A stretch of DNA of 64,000 nt from an uncultured Pseudomonadales bacterium (GCA_964495475.1 CAZBVY010000001.1:4239-68238), one strand, 5' to 3'; positions 29,176 to 38,805 are shown, numbered from the stretch's first letter. A program made the numbers and translations. Notes: generated by a model not told the origin, from the letters alone.

Positions 29176-30354
29176 ATGAGAAGATTGTTAAACCTTTTTC
29201 TACTCTCTTTAGTTTTTCTTGTGTCTATTAATGGTCGTGCATTTGCTGAAGATTGTGATCAAAAATATAAATGTAATGAGGGTGATGACAATTACGAAAG
29301 TTGTTTAGAAAACTTGGAAGGATGTTGGCAAAACGAAGTTAATAGAGTTCAATCTGAAGCTAATACCTTGCAATCAGCTATTAATATTATTAATGGCCAA
29401 ATTAGAATACAAAGTTTGAAGGTTCAACAAACAGTAGCTGAAATCAATAGTTTGGAAAAAGAAATTACTGAATTATCAGAAAGAATTGAAGGATTAGGTA
29501 TTTCTCTTAATCGCTTGAGCGAAATACTTATTAAGAGAATTAGACAAAGCTATAAACAAAGTCGTCTTCCATATAAAAATAATATTTTTGCTTCTCAATC
29601 TTTCAATGATTTTGTCAGTCAATATCGTTATATGAATTTAGCTCAAGATCAAACTTTAGATCTTATGAAAAAAACCGAATTACAACGTCTTACCTATAAT
29701 CAACAAAAAGAACTAAAAGAAACCAAACAACAAGAAATTGAAAAGAAAAGACAAGAATTACAAAGTCAAAAAAATATTCTTGATTCTCAAAAAGCTAGTA
29801 AAGACGCTTTACTCAAAGAAACCAAAAACAATGAAGCTACTTACCAACAAAAATTAGCTGAAGCCAGAGCAGAGCTTAATGCTATTAGAAATATTGTGGC
29901 TGGTTTAGGAACGGAAGCAAAAGTTGGAGATATTAAAAAGGGTGATCGAATAGCTTCAATTATTCAGGGAAGGTCAGCTTGTTCAACTGGCACACATTTA
30001 CATTTTGAAATAAGTCAAAACAATGTGCGTCGCAACCCTTTTGATTTACTTAAAAACATAAATTTAATTTGGGATAATGCTGATCCAGCAAAAAATGGTA
30101 CTGGAGGATGGGATTGGCCACTTAATGATCCTATTCGTGTTACCCAAGGATACGGTTATACTTCTTATTCATCTCGATATGTAAATGATATTCATACTGG
30201 CATAGATATCGCTAGTACTAACCAAACAGTTAAATCAGTTGAAGATGGTGAACTTTATAGAGGTAGCATGGCTTGTGGTGGAGGGGTTTTAAAATATGTA
30301 AGAGTCAAACAAAAAGATAATTTTGATACTTATTATCTCCATGTTAACTATTGA
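29176..30354 (+). CDS. EnvC/PcsB-like coiled-coil protein with circularly permuted M23 peptidase domain
   Basis: Signal peptide, coiled coil, STGTHLHFEI precedes HTGID..YLHV. Confidence 0.8.
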   Translation: MRRLLNLFLLSLVFLVSINGRAFAEDCDQKYKCNEGDDNYESCLENLEGCWQNEVNRVQSEANTLQSAINIINGQIRIQSLKVQQTVAEINSLEKEITELSERIEGLGISLNRLSEILIKRIRQSYKQSRLPYKNNIFASQSFNDFVSQYRYMNLAQDQTLDLMKKTELQRLTYNQQKELKETKQQEIEKKRQELQSQKNILDSQKASKDALLKETKNNEATYQQKLAEARAELNAIRNIVAGLGTEAKVGDIKKGDRIASIIQGRSACSTGTHLHFEISQNNVRRNPFDLLKNINLIWDNADPAKNGTGGWDWPLNDPIRVTQGYGYTSYSSRYVNDIHTGIDIASTNQTVKSVEDGELYRGSMACGGGVLKYVRVKQKDNFDTYYLHVNY

Positions 30355-30395
30355 TCTCTTCTATTCAAAAATTAAAAATTTGTTAATATATTTCT

Positions 30396-30701
30396 ATGTC
30401 GCAAACCAAACCTCAATACCTCGATCAAGCTTTTGACGAGGAACTCGCTAAATTATTGAAAATTTTTATTAAAAAAAACAAAGATTATGGTAAAGACAAT
30501 ATTTTAGATAATGGAGAGTTGGGGATCATTTTTCGCATTAATGATAAATTGCGCCGTTTACAAAATTTAGCCATAAAAGGCGCTGAACCTGAAAACGAAA
30601 GTTGCTATGAGAATTGGCAAGATATTGCCGTATACGCAGTAATTGCTTTGTTACTAAGAGATGGACGTTTCAAAGATCTTAATCTAGATCCTGCAAAATA
30701 A
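30396..30701 (+). CDS. DUF1599 / nucleotide-modification-associated domain protein
   Basis: KNKDYG..RINDKLRRL..DIAVYA. Confidence 0.75.
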   Translation: MSQTKPQYLDQAFDEELAKLLKIFIKKNKDYGKDNILDNGELGIIFRINDKLRRLQNLAIKGAEPENESCYENWQDIAVYAVIALLLRDGRFKDLNLDPAK

Positions 30702-31583
30702 TTAAATCAATTCGCTATTTTCTTCTTTAGAAAGATCCTTTTTTGATCTCTCCATGACGTAAATATCCTGATGATAATCATTTTCGCCCACAAATTCTGC
30801 CTCGCCACGAATAATTTTTTCAAAGGGTCGACAAGCAAAACAGCCAGCTTCTCCATGAGGACATTTAAAGCGTTCAAGTTGACGCGCAAGCTTCATTTCT
30901 TTGGCAATCTTTAATATTTGCTGATGAGCAGTTTCTAAATCTGGTAAGGGTTTCTCTGCTATTTTGCCCGTCTCTAAATACCAATAACTGGCTTTACTGA
31001 CTTTGCGATGTTGACAGTTGTGTACCAAAAGATGATAAATCGGTAATTGCAATGAACTTTCATTTTCTTCATTTTTGCTGGTTTTAAAATCAATAATATT
31101 GACACTGTCGTCTGCTTGTAGATACTCCAACCAATCAATTTTGCCACACAGAATCAAATTCTCTTCTTCCGACAACCAATAATGTGGTAGATCTTCTTTA
31201 ATTTTGACTGCCAAATCATTTAAAGGCCCAGGATTATCCATTACTTTTTGTAACATTACTCGACCGCGTTCTTTGTATTCTGCTTCTGTTTGTTCCTCAA
31301 AAAAACCACCTTTTTTACCGGTTACAGCTTGCCAATTACGTTCAAATTTAACAATTAAAGACTCTTTGAAACGTTCTGAGCCAGGTAAAACCGACAAAGA
31401 TTCCAGAACACTATGAACTACTTGCCCTAAAGCTAATGGAGGTGACATGAGTTGAATTTTGTGACGAGTTTTTGGATCTTTATAAACATTCTTGAGGTAA
31501 TAGGCTCTAGGACACTGTAAAAAATCGCTAATTGAAGTGTGAGAGACCCACACTGCTGTATATTTATCAGGCATGTTACTCAT
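30702..31583 (-). CDS. PD-(D/E)XK nuclease family protein (AddB/Cas4-like)
   Basis: SHTSI..CPR, GKID, IIDFKT, QL.IY, C-terminal CxxC. Confidence 0.85.
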   Translation of the reverse strand: MSNMPDKYTAVWVSHTSISDFLQCPRAYYLKNVYKDPKTRHKIQLMSPPLALGQVVHSVLESLSVLPGSERFKESLIVKFERNWQAVTGKKGGFFEEQTEAEYKERGRVMLQKVMDNPGPLNDLAVKIKEDLPHYWLSEEENLILCGKIDWLEYLQADDSVNIIDFKTSKNEENESSLQLPIYHLLVHNCQHRKVSKASYWYLETGKIAEKPLPDLETAHQQILKIAKEMKLARQLERFKCPHGEAGCFACRPFEKIIRGEAEFVGENDYHQDIYVMERSKKDLSKEENSELI

Positions 31584-31610
31584 TATAAAGAAAAATTTGC
31601 TATAATCTAT

Positions 31611-31775
31611 TGAGAATCAAGAACTTTAATACAGTCACGCTCAACTAAAATTGTTTCTCCCTTCGAAAAACAATCTTTGTTTTGCTCAGTGAAGTCGCTG
31701 TCTATAAACATAGCTACTTATTTATGTTTATTAATCAGCTCCTTCAATGGCCTGTATTAAAGTTTTTGATTCTCA
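31611..31775 (+). ncRNA. Candidate structured RNA or MITE-like element of unknown family
   Basis: 24-bp terminal inverted repeat (one G-U on + strand) enclosing two hairpin arms; TGCTATAAT immediately upstream. Confidence 0.5.
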
Positions 31776-31793
31776 TAAAATAAAAATTGAATT

Positions 31794-33512
31794 ATGTCAG
31801 ATACCACAACTCCAATAGAAAATAATAACATTCCTCAAGTAGATCTAGTTGTCGCAGAAGAAAAACCAGTTGAACTTAAAGAGTTATCTGCTTACGCTAA
31901 AGAATATACCAGACAGTACCAAATGGACTGGGAATATCATCATCGCGCTATTATTTCTCCTCTAGAAGTAGACGAATTGGCTTCTAAAATTGCAGAAGCT
32001 TACGAAAAAGTGCGCAAGGTTATCGATTGGAAAGAAGAAAATTTATTACGTCGTGGTGCCATCGAGCGCATTCTCAAACGTCGTCTAGTCTCTGAATTAT
32101 ATGGAATTAATATTTTGCCAGATCTTAATGCCACTGAAATGGCTGAACCAATGATCTTGGAATTAATGCGCAGTGGATATTTTGATAACGGCAAAATTGC
32201 TAAAAAACAAATCAAAGAAATCGAAAACATTCTTAATAAATACATTCGTATTTTAGATAATTCCAGATTACCTCAAGCTCCTAGTAAAAAACATGTCAAA
32301 AATAAAATGGAGTTTTATACTTGGATGTTGGAAATCGCAGCTTGTGAAATTGAAGAAGTACTAGCACCTGCTTTTAAAGAAAACGCTCTACTTAATCTCA
32401 TGACCAATGTTATTTTTGAACGCAATCGTATTTTACCAAGTGACAGATTAAGTGATTTAGATAGATTAGTTCAAGTTTATATTGCTTGTATGCGCACTTT
32501 ATATAATTTTGATGATCCCATCATTTCTTACAATGTTATTAAAATTCGTTATCCTTTTTGGATAGAAGAAGTTGACAGTAGTATTGAAAAAATAATGGAA
32601 CAAGTTCACGACATTCGTCAACAAATTGAAACAGACTTAGATAGTGAAGAAGGTAAACAATTATTTAAACTAGCTGGCAAATACGATGCGGCTTATCGCA
32701 TCATTGGCGATGTTCTAGATAAAATTAATAACACTCCAGAAATTGTTCGTGAAAAACTTGCCAATCCAGAAGAACTTAAAAAAATGGTGGAAGAAAGTTA
32801 TTTTAAAAGAAAGGCCAGTCTCAAAGGTCGTCTTTTCCGCAGTGCTATTTACTCTACGCTTTCCATTTTTGTAGCTGGCATTGCTAGTTTCATTATTTTT
32901 GAAGGACCAGTGGCCAAATTAGCTGGATTAGAATTTAGTCTACTTTCACTTTTTATAGATTTATTAATTCCTAGTTTGGTAATGTTCTTGTTAGTAATTT
33001 TTATTCGCCCGCCAAAAGATCAAAATTTGAGAGTGGTGCAAAAAGAAATTGCCAAAATTATTCATAAACAAAATAGCGAGGACGTTTATGAAATTGATTT
33101 TCGTCGTAAGAAAAACAAAGCTTTGAATATCATTTTCATTATTATTTCTGTTATTTGTGGGATTGCGAGCATGCGTTTTATTTTTTGGATATTTGAAATT
33201 GGCAGAGTTCCATGGACATCCATGTATTTGGATACCGTGAATGTTGCCATGGTAGTTTTTGCAGCTATGGCTATTAAACAAAAATCCAAAGAAATCACTA
33301 TTGAAGATCATGGCAATTTTATTGAATTCTTATTAGAACTTTTTTCCATTCCATTAGCCAAAATTGGTCAATGGTTTTCTGCTAAATGGAAGAAATATAA
33401 TATCTTTTCTGCTCTATTCACCGCCGTGGTCGATTTGCCATTTTCTGCCTTAATTCGCATCGTCGAAGATTGGCGCAACTTCTTGAAAGAAAGAAGTTCA
33501 GAAATGCATTAG
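31794..33512 (+). CDS. Hypothetical membrane protein
   Basis: 572 aa, large helical N-terminus, C-terminal TM segments. Confidence 0.85.
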   Translation: MSDTTTPIENNNIPQVDLVVAEEKPVELKELSAYAKEYTRQYQMDWEYHHRAIISPLEVDELASKIAEAYEKVRKVIDWKEENLLRRGAIERILKRRLVSELYGINILPDLNATEMAEPMILELMRSGYFDNGKIAKKQIKEIENILNKYIRILDNSRLPQAPSKKHVKNKMEFYTWMLEIAACEIEEVLAPAFKENALLNLMTNVIFERNRILPSDRLSDLDRLVQVYIACMRTLYNFDDPIISYNVIKIRYPFWIEEVDSSIEKIMEQVHDIRQQIETDLDSEEGKQLFKLAGKYDAAYRIIGDVLDKINNTPEIVREKLANPEELKKMVEESYFKRKASLKGRLFRSAIYSTLSIFVAGIASFIIFEGPVAKLAGLEFSLLSLFIDLLIPSLVMFLLVIFIRPPKDQNLRVVQKEIAKIIHKQNSEDVYEIDFRRKKNKALNIIFIIISVICGIASMRFIFWIFEIGRVPWTSMYLDTVNVAMVVFAAMAIKQKSKEITIEDHGNFIEFLLELFSIPLAKIGQWFSAKWKKYNIFSALFTAVVDLPFSALIRIVEDWRNFLKERSSEMH

Positions 33513-33562
33513 TTTTTTTGGCATAGGCATTTTTCTGATATAATCACCTAGCATTTTAATAA

Positions 33563-33650
33563 GGAGGCATCGCATAGTGGCCAATTGCACAGGTTTGCTA
33601 AACCTGACCCCTTTTGGGGTTCCTGGGTTCAAATCCCAGTGCCTCCGCCA
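33563..33650 (+). tRNA. tRNA-Ser(GCT)
   Basis: Full cloverleaf, loop TTGCTAA, long variable arm, G73, encoded CCA. Confidence 0.97.
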
Positions 33651-33849
33651 TTTTTCAATATCGTTAGTTTTATGAGGAATACGGGTTGGAAGAATAATGG
33701 TGGCAAAAAGATAACGTCATTAAAACTTAAACGAAATACTAAGTTTATTTAGCCTCAAAACGTTTATTGTATCAAATAACATCTTTTTATATCAGCAGAA
33801 AAAAGTTATGTATTTAAGAAAAAAAGACGATTTTGAAGCATTTTAAGGC

Positions 33850-33877
33850 TTGACAAACACCAAAAAAAGCGTATACT
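33850..33877 (+). promoter_or_regulatory. Sigma70 promoter of the islet
   Basis: TTGACA-16 nt-TATACT. Confidence 0.7.
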
Positions 33878-33998
33878 ATATGCCATTAAAAATACAGCCT
33901 CAACTGGGTTTAAATATTTAGCTGATAAAACTCGTATTAACAGCATAAACTATTTCTTTCTTGGTTGTCAACTGTGCTCTATTAAAGAAAGGCTGAGA

Positions 33999-34292
33999 AT
34001 GTCAGTCAGAATCACTTGTATAAATAAAGATGGAGGAAACCATCAAAATCCGCATGAAGGAATTACCGATTATGGGTGGATAAATGAATCCACCAATAAA
34101 ACTGGGAAAAGCACGCGAAGTCAAATGGTTTCTTTCATAGAAGATAATAACGGCAAGGCATATGTAGAAGACGCAGCTGGAAATAAAGTTTACTGCTATG
34201 TTAGAAGCATAAATAATGTTAAGTTTTTGCAAACTTACTCAAATGATAAGCCAACAGATAATCTATTAACACTTAAAGAGTGTCAAATTTAA
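33999..34292 (+). CDS. DUF3892 domain protein
   Basis: RITCINK..NPHEGIT..FLQT..DNLLTLKEC. Confidence 0.8.
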   Translation: MSVRITCINKDGGNHQNPHEGITDYGWINESTNKTGKSTRSQMVSFIEDNNGKAYVEDAAGNKVYCYVRSINNVKFLQTYSNDKPTDNLLTLKECQI

Positions 34293-34300
34293 TAATTAAA

Positions 34301-34332
34301 ATAAGCTGCTTTAAGAAATTAAGGCAGCTTAT
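34301..34332. other. Intergenic stem-loop
   Basis: ATAAGCTGCTTTAA-GAAA-TTAAGGCAGCTTAT. Confidence 0.7.
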
Positions 34333-34341
34333 AAAAAATTT

Positions 34342-35508
34342 ATGGATTCCCTAAATAAAATGCTAAAAGAAAATATTAAAGATATAAAAATAAGCGACAT
34401 AGAACAGTTAATTTCTCAATCCGTTGTAGAAAATAAAACGATAGAATATAAACAAAATTTACCTGAAAATTCTGATACAGATAAAAAAGAATTTCTTGCA
34501 GATGTTTCTGCGTTTGCTAATACTAATGGAGGGTACCTAATATATGGAGTATCAGAATCTAGTGGAAAACCAACTGACATATTGCCAATAAAATCAACTG
34601 ATCAAGATGCTGAAATAAGAAGGTTAGAATCAATTCTGCAATCTGGAATTGAGCCAAGAATTAGTTGCGAAATAAGGTCTATTGAACATGAAGATGGTTT
34701 CCTATATTTAATAGGTGTTAAACAAAGTTGGAATATTCCACATAGAGTTATATTTAAAGGTTATGATAAATTTTATGCGAGAAATTCTGCTGGAAAATAT
34801 CCATTGGACATTGATGAATTAAGAAACTTGTTCACCTTGCCTATGACAATAAACGAAAAAATAGAAAAAAGAATCTCTGAAAGAAGAAGATATTTAAATA
34901 GCAATTCGCTTCCTATAAAACAGGATAATAAACCAAAACTATCTTTACACTTGATACCAGAAGAGTCGTATAGAAATAGAAATTATCCAGAAATATTCTC
35001 CATAAAAAATGATCCTTTAATTATGCCAATGTCTTACTTTGGATCAAATTTAAAAATAAACCTTGACGGATTTATGACCTATTCAGTTAGTAGAGAATTG
35101 GGAACTTTTTCTTACACTCAAATGTATAGAGATGCAATGATTGAGGCTTTACGCACTGAAATTGTTGATGAAGAAGATGGATCTCTTTACTATAAAGAGG
35201 TAGAAAAAAGCTTGATCGAAGCTATAAGTAGGTACATGGAGGTTTATAAAAAATTAGGCATTGGCGCACCAATAGTTGGCTATATCTCTTTCTATAAAAT
35301 GAATAAAACAAAGTTAATACACCCCATGCAAATATCAAGAAGTACACGCGGGATAGATATAGATGAAATTTATCTACCAGATTTCTTAATTGAGGATTAT
35401 GAAACAGAGATTGGAAAAATTATAAAACCAAGTTTAGACGTATTCTGGAATGCATTTGGATTTGAAGAGGATCCAAACATAGATCGAGATGGAAAATCTA
35501 CTCAATAA
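34342..35508 (+). CDS. AlbA_2 / Schlafen-like domain protein with uncharacterised C-terminal domain
   Basis: ENKTIEYK, DVSAFANTNGGYLIYGV, PH..FYAR. Confidence 0.85.
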   Translation: MDSLNKMLKENIKDIKISDIEQLISQSVVENKTIEYKQNLPENSDTDKKEFLADVSAFANTNGGYLIYGVSESSGKPTDILPIKSTDQDAEIRRLESILQSGIEPRISCEIRSIEHEDGFLYLIGVKQSWNIPHRVIFKGYDKFYARNSAGKYPLDIDELRNLFTLPMTINEKIEKRISERRRYLNSNSLPIKQDNKPKLSLHLIPEESYRNRNYPEIFSIKNDPLIMPMSYFGSNLKINLDGFMTYSVSRELGTFSYTQMYRDAMIEALRTEIVDEEDGSLYYKEVEKSLIEAISRYMEVYKKLGIGAPIVGYISFYKMNKTKLIHPMQISRSTRGIDIDEIYLPDFLIEDYETEIGKIIKPSLDVFWNAFGFEEDPNIDRDGKSTQ

Positions 35509-35543
35509 AAAAATAATAAACTAAAGTTATATTTATCAAACCA

Positions 35544-36320
35544 ATGATTGAAAATAAAACTATATTTCCCCACTTTTTGTCTTTAGTTCCAATAAAAATC
35601 GAGCTTATGTTTAACAATGTCAGCTTAGCTCTCGGAACAGCTTTTATTTATAGAAAAAACAATAAGCTATATTTAGTTTCTGCATGGCATAATTTTTCAG
35701 GCATAAATCCGGAAACTAAACAACCGCTGTCTGCTCATGGTGGCTTACCAAATAAAGTTAAGTGTAGATTGATATTAAATGAAGAACTAATTTCTTGGTC
35801 AGATGAAATGTTTGATTTAACTAAAAATGATTATGAGAAACTATGGATGGAGCATCCAACTCATAAAGAAAAGGTAGATATTGGAGTGTTGCCAATTTCT
35901 GTAAATAAAAAATTTAAAGTAAATGCAATTAATGATTATAAATTTTCTGATATGAGAACAGAAATAGCTCAAGATGTTTTTATCTTAGGTTTCCCAAGAG
36001 GAATCCCGGGAAGAAGAGAGCTTCCAATATGGAAAAGGGGAAGCATAGCAAGTGAGCCAGGAGGAAATTATCCTAAAATCTTAATAGATTCAGCAACAAG
36101 AGAAGGAATGTCTGGATCTCCAGTTATTATGAGATATAAAGGATTTTACTTTAAAGAACCAGGAAAAATAAACAATGATGATTGGATGGGAGAAGGAGAT
36201 TTATTTCTTGGGGTTTATTCAGGAAGACTTGGAAAAGAAGAAATTAAAGCACAATTGGGTGTTGTATGGAAAAGCTATATAATAGACGAAATTATAAATC
36301 AGGCTGAAGAATTAAATTAA
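35544..36320 (+). CDS. Trypsin-like serine protease (no signal peptide)
   Basis: GTAF..SAWHN, VDIGVL, GFP, GMSGSPV. Confidence 0.85.
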   Translation: MIENKTIFPHFLSLVPIKIELMFNNVSLALGTAFIYRKNNKLYLVSAWHNFSGINPETKQPLSAHGGLPNKVKCRLILNEELISWSDEMFDLTKNDYEKLWMEHPTHKEKVDIGVLPISVNKKFKVNAINDYKFSDMRTEIAQDVFILGFPRGIPGRRELPIWKRGSIASEPGGNYPKILIDSATREGMSGSPVIMRYKGFYFKEPGKINNDDWMGEGDLFLGVYSGRLGKEEIKAQLGVVWKSYIIDEIINQAEELN

Positions 36321-36417
36321 AAAAGTTCCAATTTCATCCCACGACGCCCGCACCAAGCAAATTTAACAAAAATTATCCTTCTCTGTTATTTTTTCCCCCA
36401 ATAGCTATACTAAAAGC

Positions 36418-38097
36418 ATGTCATTTTGGAAGATTTGGGGAATTGGTGCTGTAGTAGCAATTTTTCTATCACTATTAATGTGTTTGCCAAAATATGGTCA
36501 AGTTCCAGCCGGTCTTAATAGAGATGAAGTTGCCTTGGGCTATAACGCTTATAGTTTGTTAAAAACTGGGAAAGACGAATGGGGAAAATCTTGGCCAATT
36601 AGTATTACTTCTTTTGGAGATCAAAAATTACCTGGCTATATTTATACTTTAATTCCTTTTATTGCTTTTTTTGATTTAGAAATTTGGGTAGTTCGTTTAC
36701 CATCTCTTTTAGCCGGTTTAATCGTCATGATTAGTATGGGTCTTATTGCCATGAAGTTAGCTAAACTGGCTAAATATTCATCAAGTTGGCAATTGATAGC
36801 TAGTTTTATAGTAATGATATTAATCGCCATTAGTCCCTGGCACATGCATTTTTCTAGAGTAGCTTATGAAACTCATCTAGCCATGGCTTTTTTTGTAAGT
36901 AGTGTGGCCTGTTTATTTTTTGCTTTGAATACTCAGCGTAAATTGCTACAACGAATCTTATTAGCCAAAGCTGGTTTGTTGGCAGGATTAACTTTATTAA
37001 CTTACCATGGCTATCAAATCTTTACTCCTTTGTTTTTATTAGCTTTTTTAATCATCTTTTTTCAGCAAATTAAAAAATTAGATAAAATTGGCTTAGCAAT
37101 AGGCGTATTTTTAGGTGTATTAAGTGTAGGGTTATTGATCGGTGGCGGAATTCTTCAAGCTAATCAAGCTAAAAGCCAAGGTATTAATCCTTTTAATAAT
37201 CAGGTTTTGTTAAATAAAGCAACTGAATATCGTAGTACAAGTAATTTTCCACCATTCGTTAATAAAATTTTATTTAATAAAGTTAACGAAGGTTTAATCA
37301 CTTTCACTCAAAATTACATCTCTACTTTTTCTGGAACTTTTTTCTTTATTCACGGCAGTGGTCATGGAGATCACAATCCAGGAAATGGTAACAATACTAA
37401 TTTATTTTTAGCACCACTTATTTTGTTGGGTTTATTGACTTTGGGCAGACACTATAAAGAAAAAACTACTCAAATAATTATTGCTTGGATATTATTAGCG
37501 CTGATTCCTTCATCACTAACCATTAATCCATTATTAGAAGTTCGTTTGGGAACAATTTTCCCAATTCTAGAATTACTTGCTGTCATTGGTATTTTTTCTT
37601 TATTAATTTTCTTGTCTAATTTGCAAAAAAAATTAGTAAGTATTTTATTAATTAGTATTGGCTTAATTTTTACCATAAGATTATTTATTTTTTACACCAC
37701 TCTTGCTCCAATAACTTCCGTTGATAATACTCATTATCATTTATTAGCCAGAGCTTTATTTAAATATCAAGGAAATAATGAAGCTGTATTAACTCAATCT
37801 CCAGCTAGCTCTCCATATATTTGGTATTTGTTTGAAAATAAAATTGATCCTGCGTTTGCTCAAAAATCGATTGTTCATCATCCTACTACAGATGAGGGAT
37901 TTAAACATGTTAAACAATTAAATAATATTTATTTCGAGACTATTAATTGGAATGATTTAGATAAAAAATCATACATTTTAATTCTTAAGCCCACTGAAAT
38001 TTCTATAGATCAAAGAATTAGTTCTCAATTTTCACTAATTGAAGTAATTACCGATGCAAAAAACCAAACTATTTATGAAGTTTGGAAATATAATTAA
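36418..38097 (+). CDS. GT-C fold (ArnT/PMT-like) glycosyltransferase
   Basis: DEVALGYNAYSL..GKDEWG, RLPS, SPWH..SR; polytopic. Confidence 0.85.
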   Translation: MSFWKIWGIGAVVAIFLSLLMCLPKYGQVPAGLNRDEVALGYNAYSLLKTGKDEWGKSWPISITSFGDQKLPGYIYTLIPFIAFFDLEIWVVRLPSLLAGLIVMISMGLIAMKLAKLAKYSSSWQLIASFIVMILIAISPWHMHFSRVAYETHLAMAFFVSSVACLFFALNTQRKLLQRILLAKAGLLAGLTLLTYHGYQIFTPLFLLAFLIIFFQQIKKLDKIGLAIGVFLGVLSVGLLIGGGILQANQAKSQGINPFNNQVLLNKATEYRSTSNFPPFVNKILFNKVNEGLITFTQNYISTFSGTFFFIHGSGHGDHNPGNGNNTNLFLAPLILLGLLTLGRHYKEKTTQIIIAWILLALIPSSLTINPLLEVRLGTIFPILELLAVIGIFSLLIFLSNLQKKLVSILLISIGLIFTIRLFIFYTTLAPITSVDNTHYHLLARALFKYQGNNEAVLTQSPASSPYIWYLFENKIDPAFAQKSIVHHPTTDEGFKHVKQLNNIYFETINWNDLDKKSYILILKPTEISIDQRISSQFSLIEVITDAKNQTIYEVWKYN

Positions 38098-38124
38098 ATT
38101 AAGTGATTTTACCTATTATTTACA

Positions 38125-38340
38125 TTGATGATAAAATGTAACTCTATTATGACAAATGAATCTCAACTAAACATGGAACTAATTAACCAAGAATTTCAAA
38201 GATTGCAAACTGAAAAAGAATTAAGTGATTGTAAAGCATTGGAAATATTAGTTGGTATATATGGACCCAGTGAAATGGCTCAGTTTTTAAATTGGCTTGG
38301 ATCACAAAATAATAATGCGAGAAAAAATAAAAATGGCTGA
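38125..38340 (+). CDS. Small hypothetical protein
   Basis: Short ORF overlapping the next gene; start uncertain. Confidence 0.5.
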   Translation: MMIKCNSIMTNESQLNMELINQEFQRLQTEKELSDCKALEILVGIYGPSEMAQFLNWLGSQNNNARKNKNG

Positions 38341-38632
38341 AACACAATACACCCCTCCATTTTATCCAGAAGATATTAGTGCTTTAGAAGGTCCCTTGCC
38401 TTTTACCACATCTTTTAATTTAGATGAACCAAGCATGATTGATCTTAGTTTGCTTGATAAACAAGAAAAAGAAGCGTTGTTAAAAGAGTTAGAAAAAAGA
38501 CAAAATCATCATGATGCGTCAACTAGTTGGACTAAAGATCATGTAGATTTACTTTTTAAACTGCGAGCTCAGCTTGATAAAAATACGAGTGCCGATACTT
38601 ATATCCCATTAAAAGATCGACCCAGACGCTAA
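38297..38632 (+). CDS. Small hypothetical protein
   Basis: ORF track; start uncertain. Confidence 0.55.
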   Translation: MDHKIIMREKIKMAETQYTPPFYPEDISALEGPLPFTTSFNLDEPSMIDLSLLDKQEKEALLKELEKRQNHHDASTSWTKDHVDLLFKLRAQLDKNTSADTYIPLKDRPRR

Positions 38633-38671
38633 GACTTTTGTTTGGTAAAATACAGTTCTGTTACTTAAAAA

Positions 38672-38756
38672 GGAGGGATCGCATAGTGGCCTAGTGCAGC
38701 GGTTTACTAAACCGCCATAGCGCAAGCTATCCAGGGTTCGAATCCCTGTCCCTCCG
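38672..38756 (+). tRNA. tRNA-Ser with anticodon ACT
   Basis: Acceptor GGAGGGA/TCCCTCC, anticodon arm GCGGT-TTACTAA-ACCGC, long variable arm, CAGGG-TTCGAAT-CCCTG, G73; CCA not encoded. Confidence 0.93.
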
Positions 38757-38776
38757 CTCTACATTTTTAAAGAAAA

Positions 38777-38805
38777 AATCCCCGTTTGCACGGGGATTCT
38801 TGTTT
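38777..38805 (+). terminator. Intrinsic terminator, probably bidirectional
   Basis: AATCCCCGT-TTGC-ACGGGGATT flanked by A- and T-rich runs. Confidence 0.8.

Noticed and set aside
30702-31583. CRISPR-Cas locus around the Cas4-like nuclease
   Set aside because: No repeat-spacer array or other cas genes seen in the window
33890-33998. Possible structured leader before DUF3892 (CAGCCT/AGGCTG)
   Set aside because: Pairings are too short to distinguish from chance in AT-rich DNA
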